Program-made: the position numbers and the translations under genes | Notes under the pieces: generated by a model | What the model was told of the DNA's origin: nothing | What the model saw: only the letters and a program-made list of their open reading frames with translations | The model's database searches: none | Assembly: GCA_965637545.1 (NCBI GenBank) | Contig: OZ281497.1 | Coordinates: 20,770,001 to 20,834,000, forward strand | Length of the DNA: 64,000 nucleotides | Direction of reading: 5' to 3' | Origin: Phallusia mammillata | Lineage: Eukaryota | Part shown: positions 31,901 through 44,700 of the stretch, in pieces | Numbering within the stretch: position 1 is the first letter of the stretch | Layout: every line of letters begins with the position of its first letter

Positions 31901-34900
31901 ACAGCCTACAGATTGCCTAGTGGCTGCGTCATGTTTTTTTCTTGATCATGTGCGCAACGAAAGCGACCAGTCACTTTATGAGACTTAAATCAACTTGCTT
32001 GCGTAGTCTTTGTTGCGAGCCGCCAAAGCCACTTTGCCCAGTGACGTCCAAGACCCTCGAAGGTTGTTTGTCAGGTACACAATATTTTCCGGCATAACAG
32101 CGATTTAATAAAGCAACGACGAGTGTTGTTTGCCTTGTAGCGATAACCGCACAACTTATTCCTAACCACACAACCTTACTCTCCATTGAGTCGGGGTAAC
32201 CGACTACAATGTTTCGAAAATTTTACACCAATTTACATCCTTTCCAGTTAAACATTCTGGTCAAAGTTCTGGATTTGCATGTGAAAAGAAACACTAGAAT
32301 TGAAAATAAAGTTGTCAGGGAGGTTCTTTAAGCACTGCAACACTGCAGCAAAGCAGTCCCTTCTGATGGTTTTATTTCACCTAAAAATGATGACAATAGA
32401 AACTGTCGAAACGTGGTGATGTTTTACACTCAATTACTGGCTTCTATCTTTACGCTCGACTTTTGCAACTTTATACAGCGGTAATGACGTTGTTGGACTA
32501 GTTAGATCATTCAAAGCTATTTTTATTTTACGAGGGTTTGGTGAATCAAATCCTAATTGCGTCCGCTTAAAGGCGCAATGGTGCCACACAATTTGAGGCC
32601 TGCGAACTAAAAAAGGTCAAACGGCCCCTCACTCAATTTCACATACACCCCATACAGCTAATAACGCTGTGTATACAAACTAGGTGTGATGGACGACCGG
32701 TACGCTATCACGCTTATTCCACTCATAGCGACGTGTTTGTCAAACAATAATCCGTCCAAGACAAAAGACGGCCTCGGGTAAACAAAGGGTCCTGACCCCG
32801 TCGCTCGAACCGTTAGTGCCCGTAGAACAATCGCGGCGTCGCACCTTAGTTTAGATTCGCTACAATTGGCGATGATGGGGAGGAGCGGCGCACCAAATTG
32901 ACGAGCCTGACACACGCGTAACGCCGCGCGATTCGTTTGTGACGCAGCTGGGGGGCGGAAGTGGTCACCTGCCGGCGACGATTGTGTAACAAATTTTCGA
33001 GGATGGATTTGGCGGCTTTGTAAACACTTAAACGTTACTGGCGGTCCCACCAGCGTCCACTGATCCACTGTAAACACGTTTGCTTGTTGTTGCAATTGAC
33101 TTCAATCAGCTTTAAGTTCTATTTTGATCAAAACTCCCAACGTTGTCTAACAAACTGTGCGGTCTGAACAAACGCATAATCTGCTGGACTTTATTCATTT
33201 GTTTGTAGTTGTGACTACGATTAGTGATACATCGGAATCCAGGTTAACCGGAGCAAGTTTATGAATACTTGTGTGCTTTGTAGCATTTAAGCCTCTTTCC
33301 CGCTAAAGTCGAACCGCAAATTAAAACGTTGATCCTAAAGTACCAAAGTCCAATATCACCAAATCAAACTATTTAGAAAAGATACTTCTACAACTGCAAG
33401 TACTTTGTTAGACAGCTATAGGTCTTAACATGCGTTGGTACGTATTATTATAAATCTCTATTTGTTTTACTTATTAATCCAACGAAAAACTAACTACAAT
33501 TGAACTATAGTTGCTTCTGGTCAAAATGTAAAGGTCACCCATATGTACACTGCCAAAAAGCTTGTTTTTTTACAACGCATGCGTATATCGCATTACAGGA
33601 CAACAAACGGATTAGATTTATAATCCAGTTACATCCTGTCAATCTAGTAACACTATAGTTTATCGCAGAGAAACAACGCCTTATTCAACATCAAAACAAA
33701 GTTTAATCCACTGTTGAAGCGAAAAAAAAAAACGTTTTTGTGTCGATTCCCTAAATTTCCATTGAAAAACTTGAGGCAAAGTTGATATTTGCACTGAAAG
33801 CCACTTTAGACTATTTGAGTAAGACTGCAGAGTACCATCAGCATGAGCCATAAAACTGTAGAACCACTATTTCAGCCTGCAAAAAATTAAATTGCGGTCT
33901 GGACCGGCTAATACGTTATTGTTTTCAGCGCATAGATGACAGTGCATGAGAAGAGCATTATAGGAAGTTCAAACAATTTCGATGCAGTTCACTGAGGTAC
34001 TGAGACCTAAATATGCGGACAGGAAGGAATTTAGCCAAACAAACAAACTGGTTGTTAGTGAAGCTGATTGAGTGGGTCAGTCAACGCAATTGTTGTGCTG
34101 CAGGAACACCTACAGTTTAGAAACCGACTGAGGTGTCTTATTTAGTTAACCTAGAGCTTTCATAACGCTTGTACTGCATTTATTTTGATGGATGATTGCT
34201 TGCTTACAAATTATGTCAAACTTATACGTTTTTACCTTGATGCAAATATGTGATCATTTGATGAAAAACTTTGAAAAACCAACGAAACAACCAGTTAAAT
34301 TAAAAATATTGATCTGTTTTTGATGGTATTTAATTACTTTGGTCTGTTATGGCCTGTGTGGGAGTATATACGCTGCTTGAAAGCTAAGTTTTGTATGCTG
34401 AGCGTGCCGCTTGTATTGTTTTGCATACAAAACGTGGAAACTTTTCAAATAATACGATTCTGCGTCATCAGAACGATTTGCGCATAGTTGTTTACTACCT
34501 GATGCTGTTTACTACTTTGTAGTTTGATGTTTCTGTGGTGGGATTATTTCTTACTATACATATCATGTATATCGGTTTGCGAATCTTGGATAACAAAAGG
34601 TGATTTTTCAAATTCCCGTTGTTTGATTCTAATCTGGGCAAACGCTAGAAACAAATTCGAAAACGATCTTGTCATTTTTACGTGCGTAATATCGCCCGAC
34701 CAAATGTCAAAAAGACATTTGCAGCGGTTAACTGTGAGATTTCGGAAACTAGAGTATCGTTAGTTTGCGGTGACTTTGATGGGCGATTTCAGGGCAGATT
34801 AACCCTCTTTGACCCGTGGGGTAACCCTTAGCCTGCTTTTTAACTTGGGACACTCGCACACAACAGTCAGTGTAATTCATTTGGTCGTGGACTTACGCAT

Positions 34901-37900
34901 CACTTATCAGCATTGGAAATCAGCTCGTTACCTTTTCCTTTGACAGTTGCCTACGTCAAAGTGGTCGTGAAACCGGCGGCCAATCGGTGAGGTAATTACG
35001 CTTTCCGGCAAATGTGGTTTGTTTTAGTGTCGCTGTTTGTTGATTGTTCTTCGGCGTGAGTTTCCACAGATTTGCGTGATTGGTCGGAAGTAAGGCGACC
35101 TTAGACTGTTTAGCGAGCTAAGTTTGATCAAAAACGTCTTTTGCAAGGTGTTCATGTTATGATTTAGGTTTTGCAGTGCACAAATTTTAATTTGTATCGT
35201 GGCGTGAGTTTGAATTAGGTTTTCGTTCACAACAACTTTGTGCAAAATGTTTTTTTTTTCGAGTTACAGAAGTGGACATTTTGTGGCTAGTCTATCAGAA
35301 GGAAAAAAAATCTTCGTATATACCGCCCTGTATTACATAGAAATCACATATCTGTTGTTGCCTGACGATTTTGAATCACATTTCTTCTTAGCAAATTTCG
35401 GAACAAATTATTTCGACCTTCTAAACCTGAAATGTCTTCAACAAATATTGTTGCTTTCGTGAATCAGTTCCATGACCTAAGAGTGCTTCGCTACGTATGC
35501 ACAAATGATGTAATTGCCTTTACGCCTGCGGGGCGACGCCAAACATCGGATGTGCTGAGACAGATCAAAGATCTTGAAGACTGTTGTGCAAACTATCTAA
35601 CACTCCGCGATAAAATCACAAAGACAATATGCCTTAATAGCCGAGTCGTGAGTAAGAACCGCGCGTGAGCTATTGAAGCTTATGAGAAGTTGATTTGAAC
35701 GTACAGCCGCCGGGCTTTGGTTCCACCCGTTACTAGGTTACGCGTTATAGTTGAGGTGGTAATATAGTTTTACTATTTTACGCAAGGATTTTCATCAAAA
35801 GTTTTCAATGCGCGTTTTGTTTTGTCATTATTCATTTCAAACTAAAGCTGTTTTTTACAGTTTAATAACTCTTTTTATTGTTTGCCGAGGGTTACTATTG
35901 ATAACTGTAAACTATCCACTATACACATCTAGCAATCAAACTCCAGAATAGACCACCCCACCAGTTATTATGCAGTCGTAAAACTTATTTTTAAAATCAA
36001 TACATAAACAATGAAACTGCCCTACAACAGTCACGAAAATGCAACGCAAAGTACATGAATAATTTAACGCATTGTCTGGCTTGTCAAAATGATGAATAGC
36101 AAGAGGAAAAATTGTAGTTTGTTGTGTCTTTTTTCTGGATAATTTTCCAAAGTTTCTGAAATCCATGCACGTATCAATCACATATTCGTCGCATAAACGG
36201 TATTTAATCGCGTGTGTGGTTCTTAGGGCGCCGGTGTTTGTGTCACGTTTTAGTATTTTAACACTCTTTATGCGTGAATGGCGAACGCAAATTTTGCCCA
36301 CCCCTAAAACAACTCAACGAACAACCGCTGGTCCTAAAATTTTATTGCGTGCGATTATAAGGAGTGTATATTTTCGCAAACAGAAGTGCTGACCCTCCCA
36401 CAGGCAGAGCGTTTTGCACGCGACAGCGGTAAGCAATAGATAAAATTATCTTCAAGGGTTAAAGGTCATGGGCGAGAGTAACCCCGAGCCGCACCACTCG
36501 TCATGCGGAACAACTGAAAATGTTGATGCGAAAATATCAAATCTTGCCTTGAATGTTTGCAAAGGCTTATAATGATGCTCCAGATGTTGTGTGACTGAAA
36601 TTCGAAAACTTACTCTTGTCTTCTTAGTCAACAGTCACATGGTTGCAATTGAGACGGCTAAATGAGATTTGGTTCAATAGTGGTAAACTGTTACAATTAT
36701 CAGTTAGTCCAACTGTTAAAATTCTGTAATATTAGAGCAAACTTTTAAGTACACTTTTGTGTAAGCGTTGATACTTAAGTTTGTTTAAACTGTTATTTCC
36801 TTTTACTGGCACGTTTTAAAAAGTGAAATTAATAGACTAATTTTTACATACTAACCTCGTTAGCCACACTTCCCCACTTTGGTAAGACCGGCATATATAA
36901 CACCTTGGCAATGTCTGGGCAATATTTTAAACCCAAACATGTCTGCATTGCTTGTGTCAAAGCCGCGTAACGCTGTTTTTAGGACCACCCAGGCTCTGAA
37001 AACTCTGGCATTAAGTTTTTTTGTTTGAGTCATTTCCTCGTATTATCGTGATTAAGAAAGAAGTCAATTATCAAAGCTAAAATGTTCGGAAACCTAACAC
37101 CAAGTTTATGTGCTAATGGTCTAGCAAAACAAATTGCCTTACTCAGTACATTGGATTAAGTAAACCACTTTGAAGCAAACCTGATTTTGCTAAGCAGTCT
37201 TACAGACCCAATTCCGTGCTGTACAACTGTCAATGATGTCATACATTCCTAATCTGACAGTGTGTCAAAAGAGAGGACATTTGCCATATATTGCTCACCC
37301 CACTCGACCTTAGTAGTATTCGCAGATGGGGTTATTTTGGGAAATGCATTCATTTGGGCTTATCAGTTTAGCAGAACACAAGCAAAGGTTTTGCTTGAAA
37401 AAGTCCAAGCCCAACGGTAGCCTCGTGATGGGTCAAAACCACTAAATTCGTGGGGGATCTGCCTTAGCGCGTGACCAACTTCCGAAACAGCGGTTGGTCA
37501 TCAAAAGGGGGCTGGTCGAAATGAAATGACCCATGCAGTGGGTAGAATAATAAGAGAACACCGAAAACCTTGCGTTCCGGAATGTATATGGTTTTGGTCA
37601 GGGCTTCCTGTTGGAATTGTAGCCTATTACAAACTTGACACACACCCTGTGCCTGGTCTTTCAGCTCGTATCAAGTTACACAACGAAATGTTACGATTTT
37701 ACTACAACACGATATGTTTCGACTGTATCTCTTTTAGTGATGGGGTTGAGTAAGATTAAAGAATGTTGTTTTCGAAAGCCACCCGAACAAGTATATTTTT
37801 TCATGTTTTGAAACAAACGGCACTGTTAATATGTTCAAAGTTAGTGTCAGATTCAGTTCTAATTTACGTTGCTCTACCGTTATATACAACACATTAGCAA

Positions 37901-40900
37901 ACTATAAAAAAATTTTGGGAAATGTTGTTTGTTTAAAAAAGATTGAGAACCTATTTCAATACCGATTAAAATCCTAGGCATTTATGCCTTTGCAGGTCAA
38001 TTTGAGAGATTTTTTTAGAATAATAGAATTTGGGCTTAGCATGCCTTGTGATAGTTTGTTTATGTTTGCACTTTGCACATGAGCTTAAACGTAGCAATGT
38101 AATTTAAACTTTGACCTAGTTTTCACGTAAGCTTAAACCTTGTCAACGTAAATTGTAGCCCTAGCTTTTAACATAGACCGTCTATCAAGTTTACCCTGCT
38201 TGTATCGTCAACATCAAACTCCGTCAGCTGAAAGTTTTTCCAAGCCAAAATCGTCCAGTGGTTATGAGGTTTGAAACACCCGATATCCCGGCCCCGCCAA
38301 TCACAGTGCTTGCGTAATCTCCCCGCCGTTGCAAACCCAAACACCAACACTTACTCTCTGTCTGTGCCTTCCTTCGCAACCACCGCCCGGCCTTGCAACA
38401 GAAAAGATTAATAGCGTAAGACAAGTCAAGTCGAACGGGCAGATGCAACACATCGGACAAAACTTTCATCCAATTACGCGCGCCGGCTCTCAACAGACGC
38501 ATTGTTGCTGCACGGATCCCTGCATAATAATGACACTGCTTTCACGCAGATTTGCCAGGGAACACGCGATCACCCGTCCCAAATCGCCATCTTCGCGCGC
38601 ATTACAGCTTGTTATTATTAACCCGATTGTACTGCCGCCCTATGCAGCCCTAACGCATGTTCGAAGCACCGATTTGAAGCCCTAATCGAGGCCAACTCCC
38701 GTTTATCTCACTGTGCCATCGATACATCAAACGGAGCTTGCTCCCTTAATGAATTGTGCTCCTGCGCTGGAACAAAACACACATTCGCGCTTCTCTTGGC
38801 GTTAGGTAACTTGCTATGGTTTGTAATTTAATTTTCCTGCTCTTTTATCACTTTCTGTCGTCGTTTGTCTGTTTCACGAGTAAGTATCTTTTTGCTTGAA
38901 CATTTTCATTTTGTTTGACAGAAACTCAAAGCGCTAACATTTTATCACGCAAAATGCGTTTATTGCTTATTTACGCGGTAACCATGTTGGCTAGCAGAGG
39001 TTTGGTTTAATCTTACGTGCCATACAACTTAAAACACAATCATGGAAAAAACAAACTATTTTTCTGGTGTTGGGCCCCAAATGACGTCATCACAACCGTT
39101 TTGGTCGTAGGTCGTGCGACCTGCAAACGGATGTCGAATTCAAGTCTATATTTTTTCTGACCTTCTTTATCCGGTGTCTTTTCTTTATGCAGCCTCGAAT
39201 TTTTTCGCCCACTTAGCTTCCGACAGTTCCCAGACCGAGAGCCACGCGCGGTTGTCGTTGGCAACAGGACGATACAGTGCCCGTGTTTTGGATCAAAACT
39301 GCCTGAATTCAGTGGCGCCCCTCGGCCCCGTTGCCACATCAGACCTATAGCCTTCAACTGGCACAGCTGCTCTTCCTCGGTACACCTTCCAGGCCGTCTA
39401 GCCCTGTACCATTAACGACTGGTATGATGGAGAGCTTGTTTTGTATGCGCATCGAATCTCTTCTTGATGAATTTGGCGAGATTCAGTTGCAGAACCGCCA
39501 TTGTCTCTTGTTTGTGTTCGTCGTGACTTTTCTGAGTTTGTTTGACTTAAACGTCGCTTGAAGTTTCCCATCCAGCCTTGTTTTGTGTATGTCTTTGGGC
39601 CAACTGGATTCGATTTCGCCTTGCAAATGTTGGAAAAGGTACCAAGAATTCGCAGCATCCAAGGAGGTTTCTTTGTATTGTATCAGTTTCGTTACTCGTT
39701 TTGCATATTGTCACGCGTTTGTTTAATTTTATATTTGGGTTTGATTGCGATAATAGGGAAATTGACAGTCACACTTCCTTAAGGGTCGTCTTTACGAAAA
39801 ACTGTTTTTAACTGCAAACTACATTTTTAACGCTCGTAAAATTGTTTTTTCAGCTGCCAAATTTGTGGTTTAATAATGTAAATTGCTATGAGCAATTCAT
39901 GAACATTTGTTTGTTCCTTTGCCAAACGCAAAACTGTTTTCTTGTGAGCAGCACGTGTAACTTTGCGGTATTTCACCTTTTGTGTTGTACCAATGAAAAA
40001 CAATCGCATTTTTTTGGAGCGACTGCCGCCCGACGTCATTCAAAGCAACTGACAGAAGTTGAAGAGTTGATGATACAACAAACACTGGCATTGTGATGTA
40101 AGAAAGAGGGTGGTGGAAAGCATGAGGGATGTGCGTCACTGGATGTTGCTGCATGAGCTCAGGTGGCAAATGGGCCTTTTTAGTTATGCGGACCTTGCAG
40201 CTGCATTACCTCCTGCGCCAGATTTTGCATTAAAACAGCAGCGGCGTCAACGGGAGTGAAGCGATACGTTTTAAGGTGTTTTCATGGACTTTTTATAAGA
40301 CTTTTAGGATGTTTGATACCAATGCACCGTGGTACTTGTCAAGCATGCTATTCTCAAAGCCCTGAAAATACAAATTGACATGTCGAACTGAGAAATCCCC
40401 AAATGACATATTGGTAAGCGACTAAGCCTGAACGAACTATTTGTCAACGTATCTTCCGTAGGCGTTTTAAACATATTATTACATAATTTCTGTGTTCATT
40501 CTTTTTCGATAAAGGCTATTTTTTGGGGGAAATGCTGAGTCATTCAAGTTACACAAACCAATTTGGACCTGAGAGAAACAGTTCAAGTGTCGCAAATTGC
40601 GAGTCTCCTGAAACACGGATTTTGCGCCCAAGAATTCGACTTGAATAATTTGATTTGTTTGCTTATTTGACTCCTCCCCCAGTAAATTCGCAGGAACGAA
40701 TCGTTCCAAGAACAATAAATACCACTCGTTTGATCTAGCGAGAGCGTTCGCACAACCAATTGTAACAACATGACCTCGCGGAAAAGTCGATAACTCAGTC
40801 GTTGTGAAAATACTAAAATGTTAACACACATACATTTGACGCAACGAAATCGATTGAAGTACTCTAAAAGAGAGAGCTCTTATCGCCTACTTTGAAGAAG

Positions 40901-41238
40901 AAATTCTTTCCAATTTTTTTGCGACCTCTATTAATGTCCCAGCCGAGCTACTGTATTTATTTAAAAGCATCAATTGGTAAAGGTGGAGTAGGAACTGGAA
41001 ATTACTGGGAATTTTAGGAGAGAAATTACTCGGCGCCCAAACCGATTTGCACCCTAAAACAAACTTGTTAGTTTCTAAATTCCTGGTACCATGGAGTTGA
41101 CAGAAAATTTTTTTTACAATGATAAATCTAAATAAAGTGGTCAAAACCAAAACAAAACTAGAAAGGTGCCTTTCTATAATATACTTTATCCTATATTACC
41201 AATTTACTATACACATCATTTAATCTACACATACGATT

Positions 41239-41719
41239 GTTTTTGTAAACAAAAACGAATGGGTCCCCACACGCGTGTTTGTGCAGATTTGCCGTAAACA
41301 AATGTTGTGGTTATTTTTAGATTCTTAAGGACATAACTTAAGTATTGATTCTTGACTTGATTGTCAAAAAACCCACGTTATGATGAAAAAAGGTTCTGAA
41401 CTGTGTTTGTGATACCTACAAGTTGACCTAGTGACTCGTGGTCATGCGACGACCAAGCTGACAACGAAAATTTAAAGACCATTGAAGTTTTGCTTGACAT
41501 ATACGAAACCGAAGCATGTTTTTCTAGTTTAAATCACGTCATAGGTGTGAAACTTTCGCCAAAACTGAAAATGTGTGTGATAACAAATTTGAATAAATTT
41601 AAAGCAGTCTTTCTTGACCAAACGCACGTTACAAACCAGCGTTAGACAGAAAAAAGAAAAAAGTAAAAAAAATACGGACAAAAACAATATGTGTCCCCTT
41701 CAGGAAAGGGGACCCATAA
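41239..41719 (-). mobile_element. Helentron-associated non-autonomous element (HINE / DINE-1-like architecture)
   Basis: Sub-terminal inverted repeats ATGGGTCCCC (41259-41268) / GGGGACCCAT (41708-41717); partial internal IR ATGTGTCCCC (41689-41698); adjacent stem-loop GTTTTTG-TAAA-CAAAAAC (41239-41256); no TSD. Confidence 0.7.
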
Positions 41720-44700
41720 CTAAACACTAAAACTGGTGTTTTCTCCGCGTAAAGTATATTGTTTCTCCTTGATACTTTTTCTCTGCAATTTTTACCATGC
41801 TAAACACAAACCGGGGCATTGTGTATACATTTTACCAGTTGATATGGAATTACATTTAAACAACACTCAGTACAGCAAACCCAACAACCATATCCTATAA
41901 AGTTCCACACATATTCCAGCTGAGCTTTTCCGAACATCGTTGAGCCTTTTCAAAAACGACAAAAAGTTTTGAAATGGGAAATGTTTCATCCCGACACGAT
42001 ACTTGTGTTTTCATGTTCTGTTATGTGTCCTTTTTCAAAGCTTCTGAAGTGCAGACAGTCACATTAATTTTCCACTCGTTTTCTCCTCTAGTCATCCATC
42101 ATATGTGTTCTATTGATCGGATCAGGCCAGACACAGCGTTCGCGTCTTGCTCGAGTCGCGAGCCTAATCTTCGACTGTTTGATGTTAGAATTGAGATTTA
42201 TTTTCCCCTCTCGCTTTTATTCGCTCGCATACCTCAAAATCTAGCGATACGACTTCGAGATGCTCATTGTGTCAGCAGCGTGGAAGGATATCTCCGCTGG
42301 ATCGTCAGTTGTCAGTGAATCGATGTCATAAATATTAATGTCAACAGATATTGTCTGTCGGCGCCCCTAAGACCCATATTCTACTTTGCGTTGAATTTGT
42401 ACTCGCCATAGGTTGTCGAGTTTTGACAATTCCGCGATGAAGTTATGTCCTTTACACCGCTTTGATTTTGTCTACCAAGCCTGTGTACCCATGGGAGGAA
42501 ACTTCATTAATTTCATAGAAACAATTATAACGGATTATTGTTTTATGATAACCAAGATTACACACATTGCAAGAAAAAAACGATTTTTTATTTATAGACA
42601 AAATTACAAGTGTAATGTGCCGAAAAAATCGTCATTAGTGCCGATTGCCTAATAAACTGTGCATATAGTTGTCGTGTTTTGATTCACTAAATCAAGCATT
42701 CGTCAAAGGTTTTCAACGGTACGTCGGGTCCGGGTAACTTTTGTGCTATTTTGAATATCCAAAATCAGGCAATGTCAAATTTGTGACAGAGACTTTATTA
42801 ATCCGGATATGTACCAGCGTGATTTTCCCACACATTGCTTTTTTGAGTCTACACCAGGTGAACAAAAAAGCCTTCTGTTCCGACAAGAAGCAGCGAATGG
42901 AAAATGGGTGTCGCTACGTTTGATTAGGGATTAGCAAGTCGTATTCCAGCCAGCTGCGTCTTTCCTATTTCAAAGCGGCGCCGACCCGAACAGAAACACT
43001 ACGGCGGGGGCGATGTTTGGCCCGTAGCCTGACCAAGATTATTTAGGCCCAGGGGGCTAAGCACATCGACACCGAGCCACTTTGAAATGCCCCCCACACT
43101 TGTGTTTGCTCTTGTATTTAGCGCGTTAACTTGAAAAGAGGAAATCCGATTTTGCTTTCCACCGCCTTAGACCACCGAGGCTGATTTTTCCATTCAACAT
43201 CGGCGTGTTTGGAATACAAATATGTCCGCATTGATCTTAGCGTAGTTGATGACTCGTCGGTGGACTTGTACCGCTTTTCTTGTTGTACAATGCATCAGTT
43301 TCTTATCACATTGCTCATACGTGATCAAAGAATGATTGATTCCGTTGATTTAATTTATAATCAATACTACACTGACAATTCCATTTCAAACATCTAAAAT
43401 GGAAGAAAATACAGGAAAGTAATCTACATGGATCAATGGCGATTCATGTTCGTTGGTTTGTGAAAGTTTTGGCACTTTCAATAGTTCTGTGAAGTATCAT
43501 TTTCTTTTATATGCTTTTGTAATGGGCTCTTGTCCAGGAATGTAGCTCACTTCTACGTTGGCTACAATATTTGTTTGTCAAAAGCATGTTCTATTTTCAA
43601 CGAGAAAAAAAAATTAGAAAACAAAAATTTTTAACGAGAACAACAAAAATCATTTCAATTTGCAGCAATGGTAACCTTTACCAAGAAATATTTTTACTGT
43701 GACTCAGTGTAATTCGACATAAAATTGCACAAAATCGTTTTTAATAAAGTAATTTAAGTTTGTCGCCGCCATAACTGGGCGTTTCAAAAGTCATGTACAT
43801 ACATTTGCAGCGCACTTTAAAGTTAACCGACATTATGACCTGGACTGAATCACGTAATATAGATGCGTAGAAGTTTTCTCTGTGATCTTGCGCGCCTGGT
43901 AGCCCAACATTGAAGAGATAGAAAATCGTCTGTCGGACCTACAATTGCAGTTTTTAAGTATACCCTTGTGTGTTGACATCTAAATTTTTAACGCTTTTTT
44001 CTACAGTCTAAACATTAAAATATATGTTTCTCAATATACAGTATGTTCCTTTACGTATATTTTAGAGACAATTTTAGAGTTATTCAAATATTGTAAGTAA
44101 AGCTTGTTTAAGGCAATACATTTTTCCTAACAGTTCATTATTATGGACACACAACAGCCAAACCTTTGAATATTTCCAACATTTTTCACAAATTTATCAC
44201 GCCCAATTATCCCTGGTATCTTTAGGGGGCGGGGTGCGTAGCGTGAAAGTCGCCCTTGCTCCCACGGGGTCGTATGTGGGGTGTTTGTGTTCGCGACAGG
44301 GCCGAGACCCCGAAACGCGTGCGATCGGTGTCACAGTGTGCTGTTTGATCTCGTCCTGTCGCACGCCATTCGCGCTGACACAATGCCGCCGCGACGACCC
44401 CACTGTTTATTACATGGTGGAATATGAACGGAGGGAGTTATTGGCGGCCATCACACAAACCTCGCATCTCGTGTGTACGTCCCTGAAGCACACCTGTCTA
44501 TTACAGGCGTAATTGAGCCACTGACATCTGCTTTCTATTGTAAAGACATTTTTTGCGCGGCTATTTCGGACTTCGTGATTGTGGCTTGACGCGAAATTGC
44601 TTTTGTCGCAACTTATTTGAGCGCGCGCGTCACCGCTTTATTCGAACGAAATATATGGCGCGCAAAATACCCCACGTCGCGTGCTGGAAGGTGTGAAAAT

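Noticed and set aside
35432-35668. DVLRQIKDLEDCCANYLTLRDKITK as an alternative ERC C-terminal exon
   Set aside because: Only vaguely helical, with no convincing acceptor or similarity to the ERC1a tail
39040-39658. Coding-looking minus-strand stretch
   Set aside because: All frames are interrupted by stops or lack splice signals; no recognisable protein
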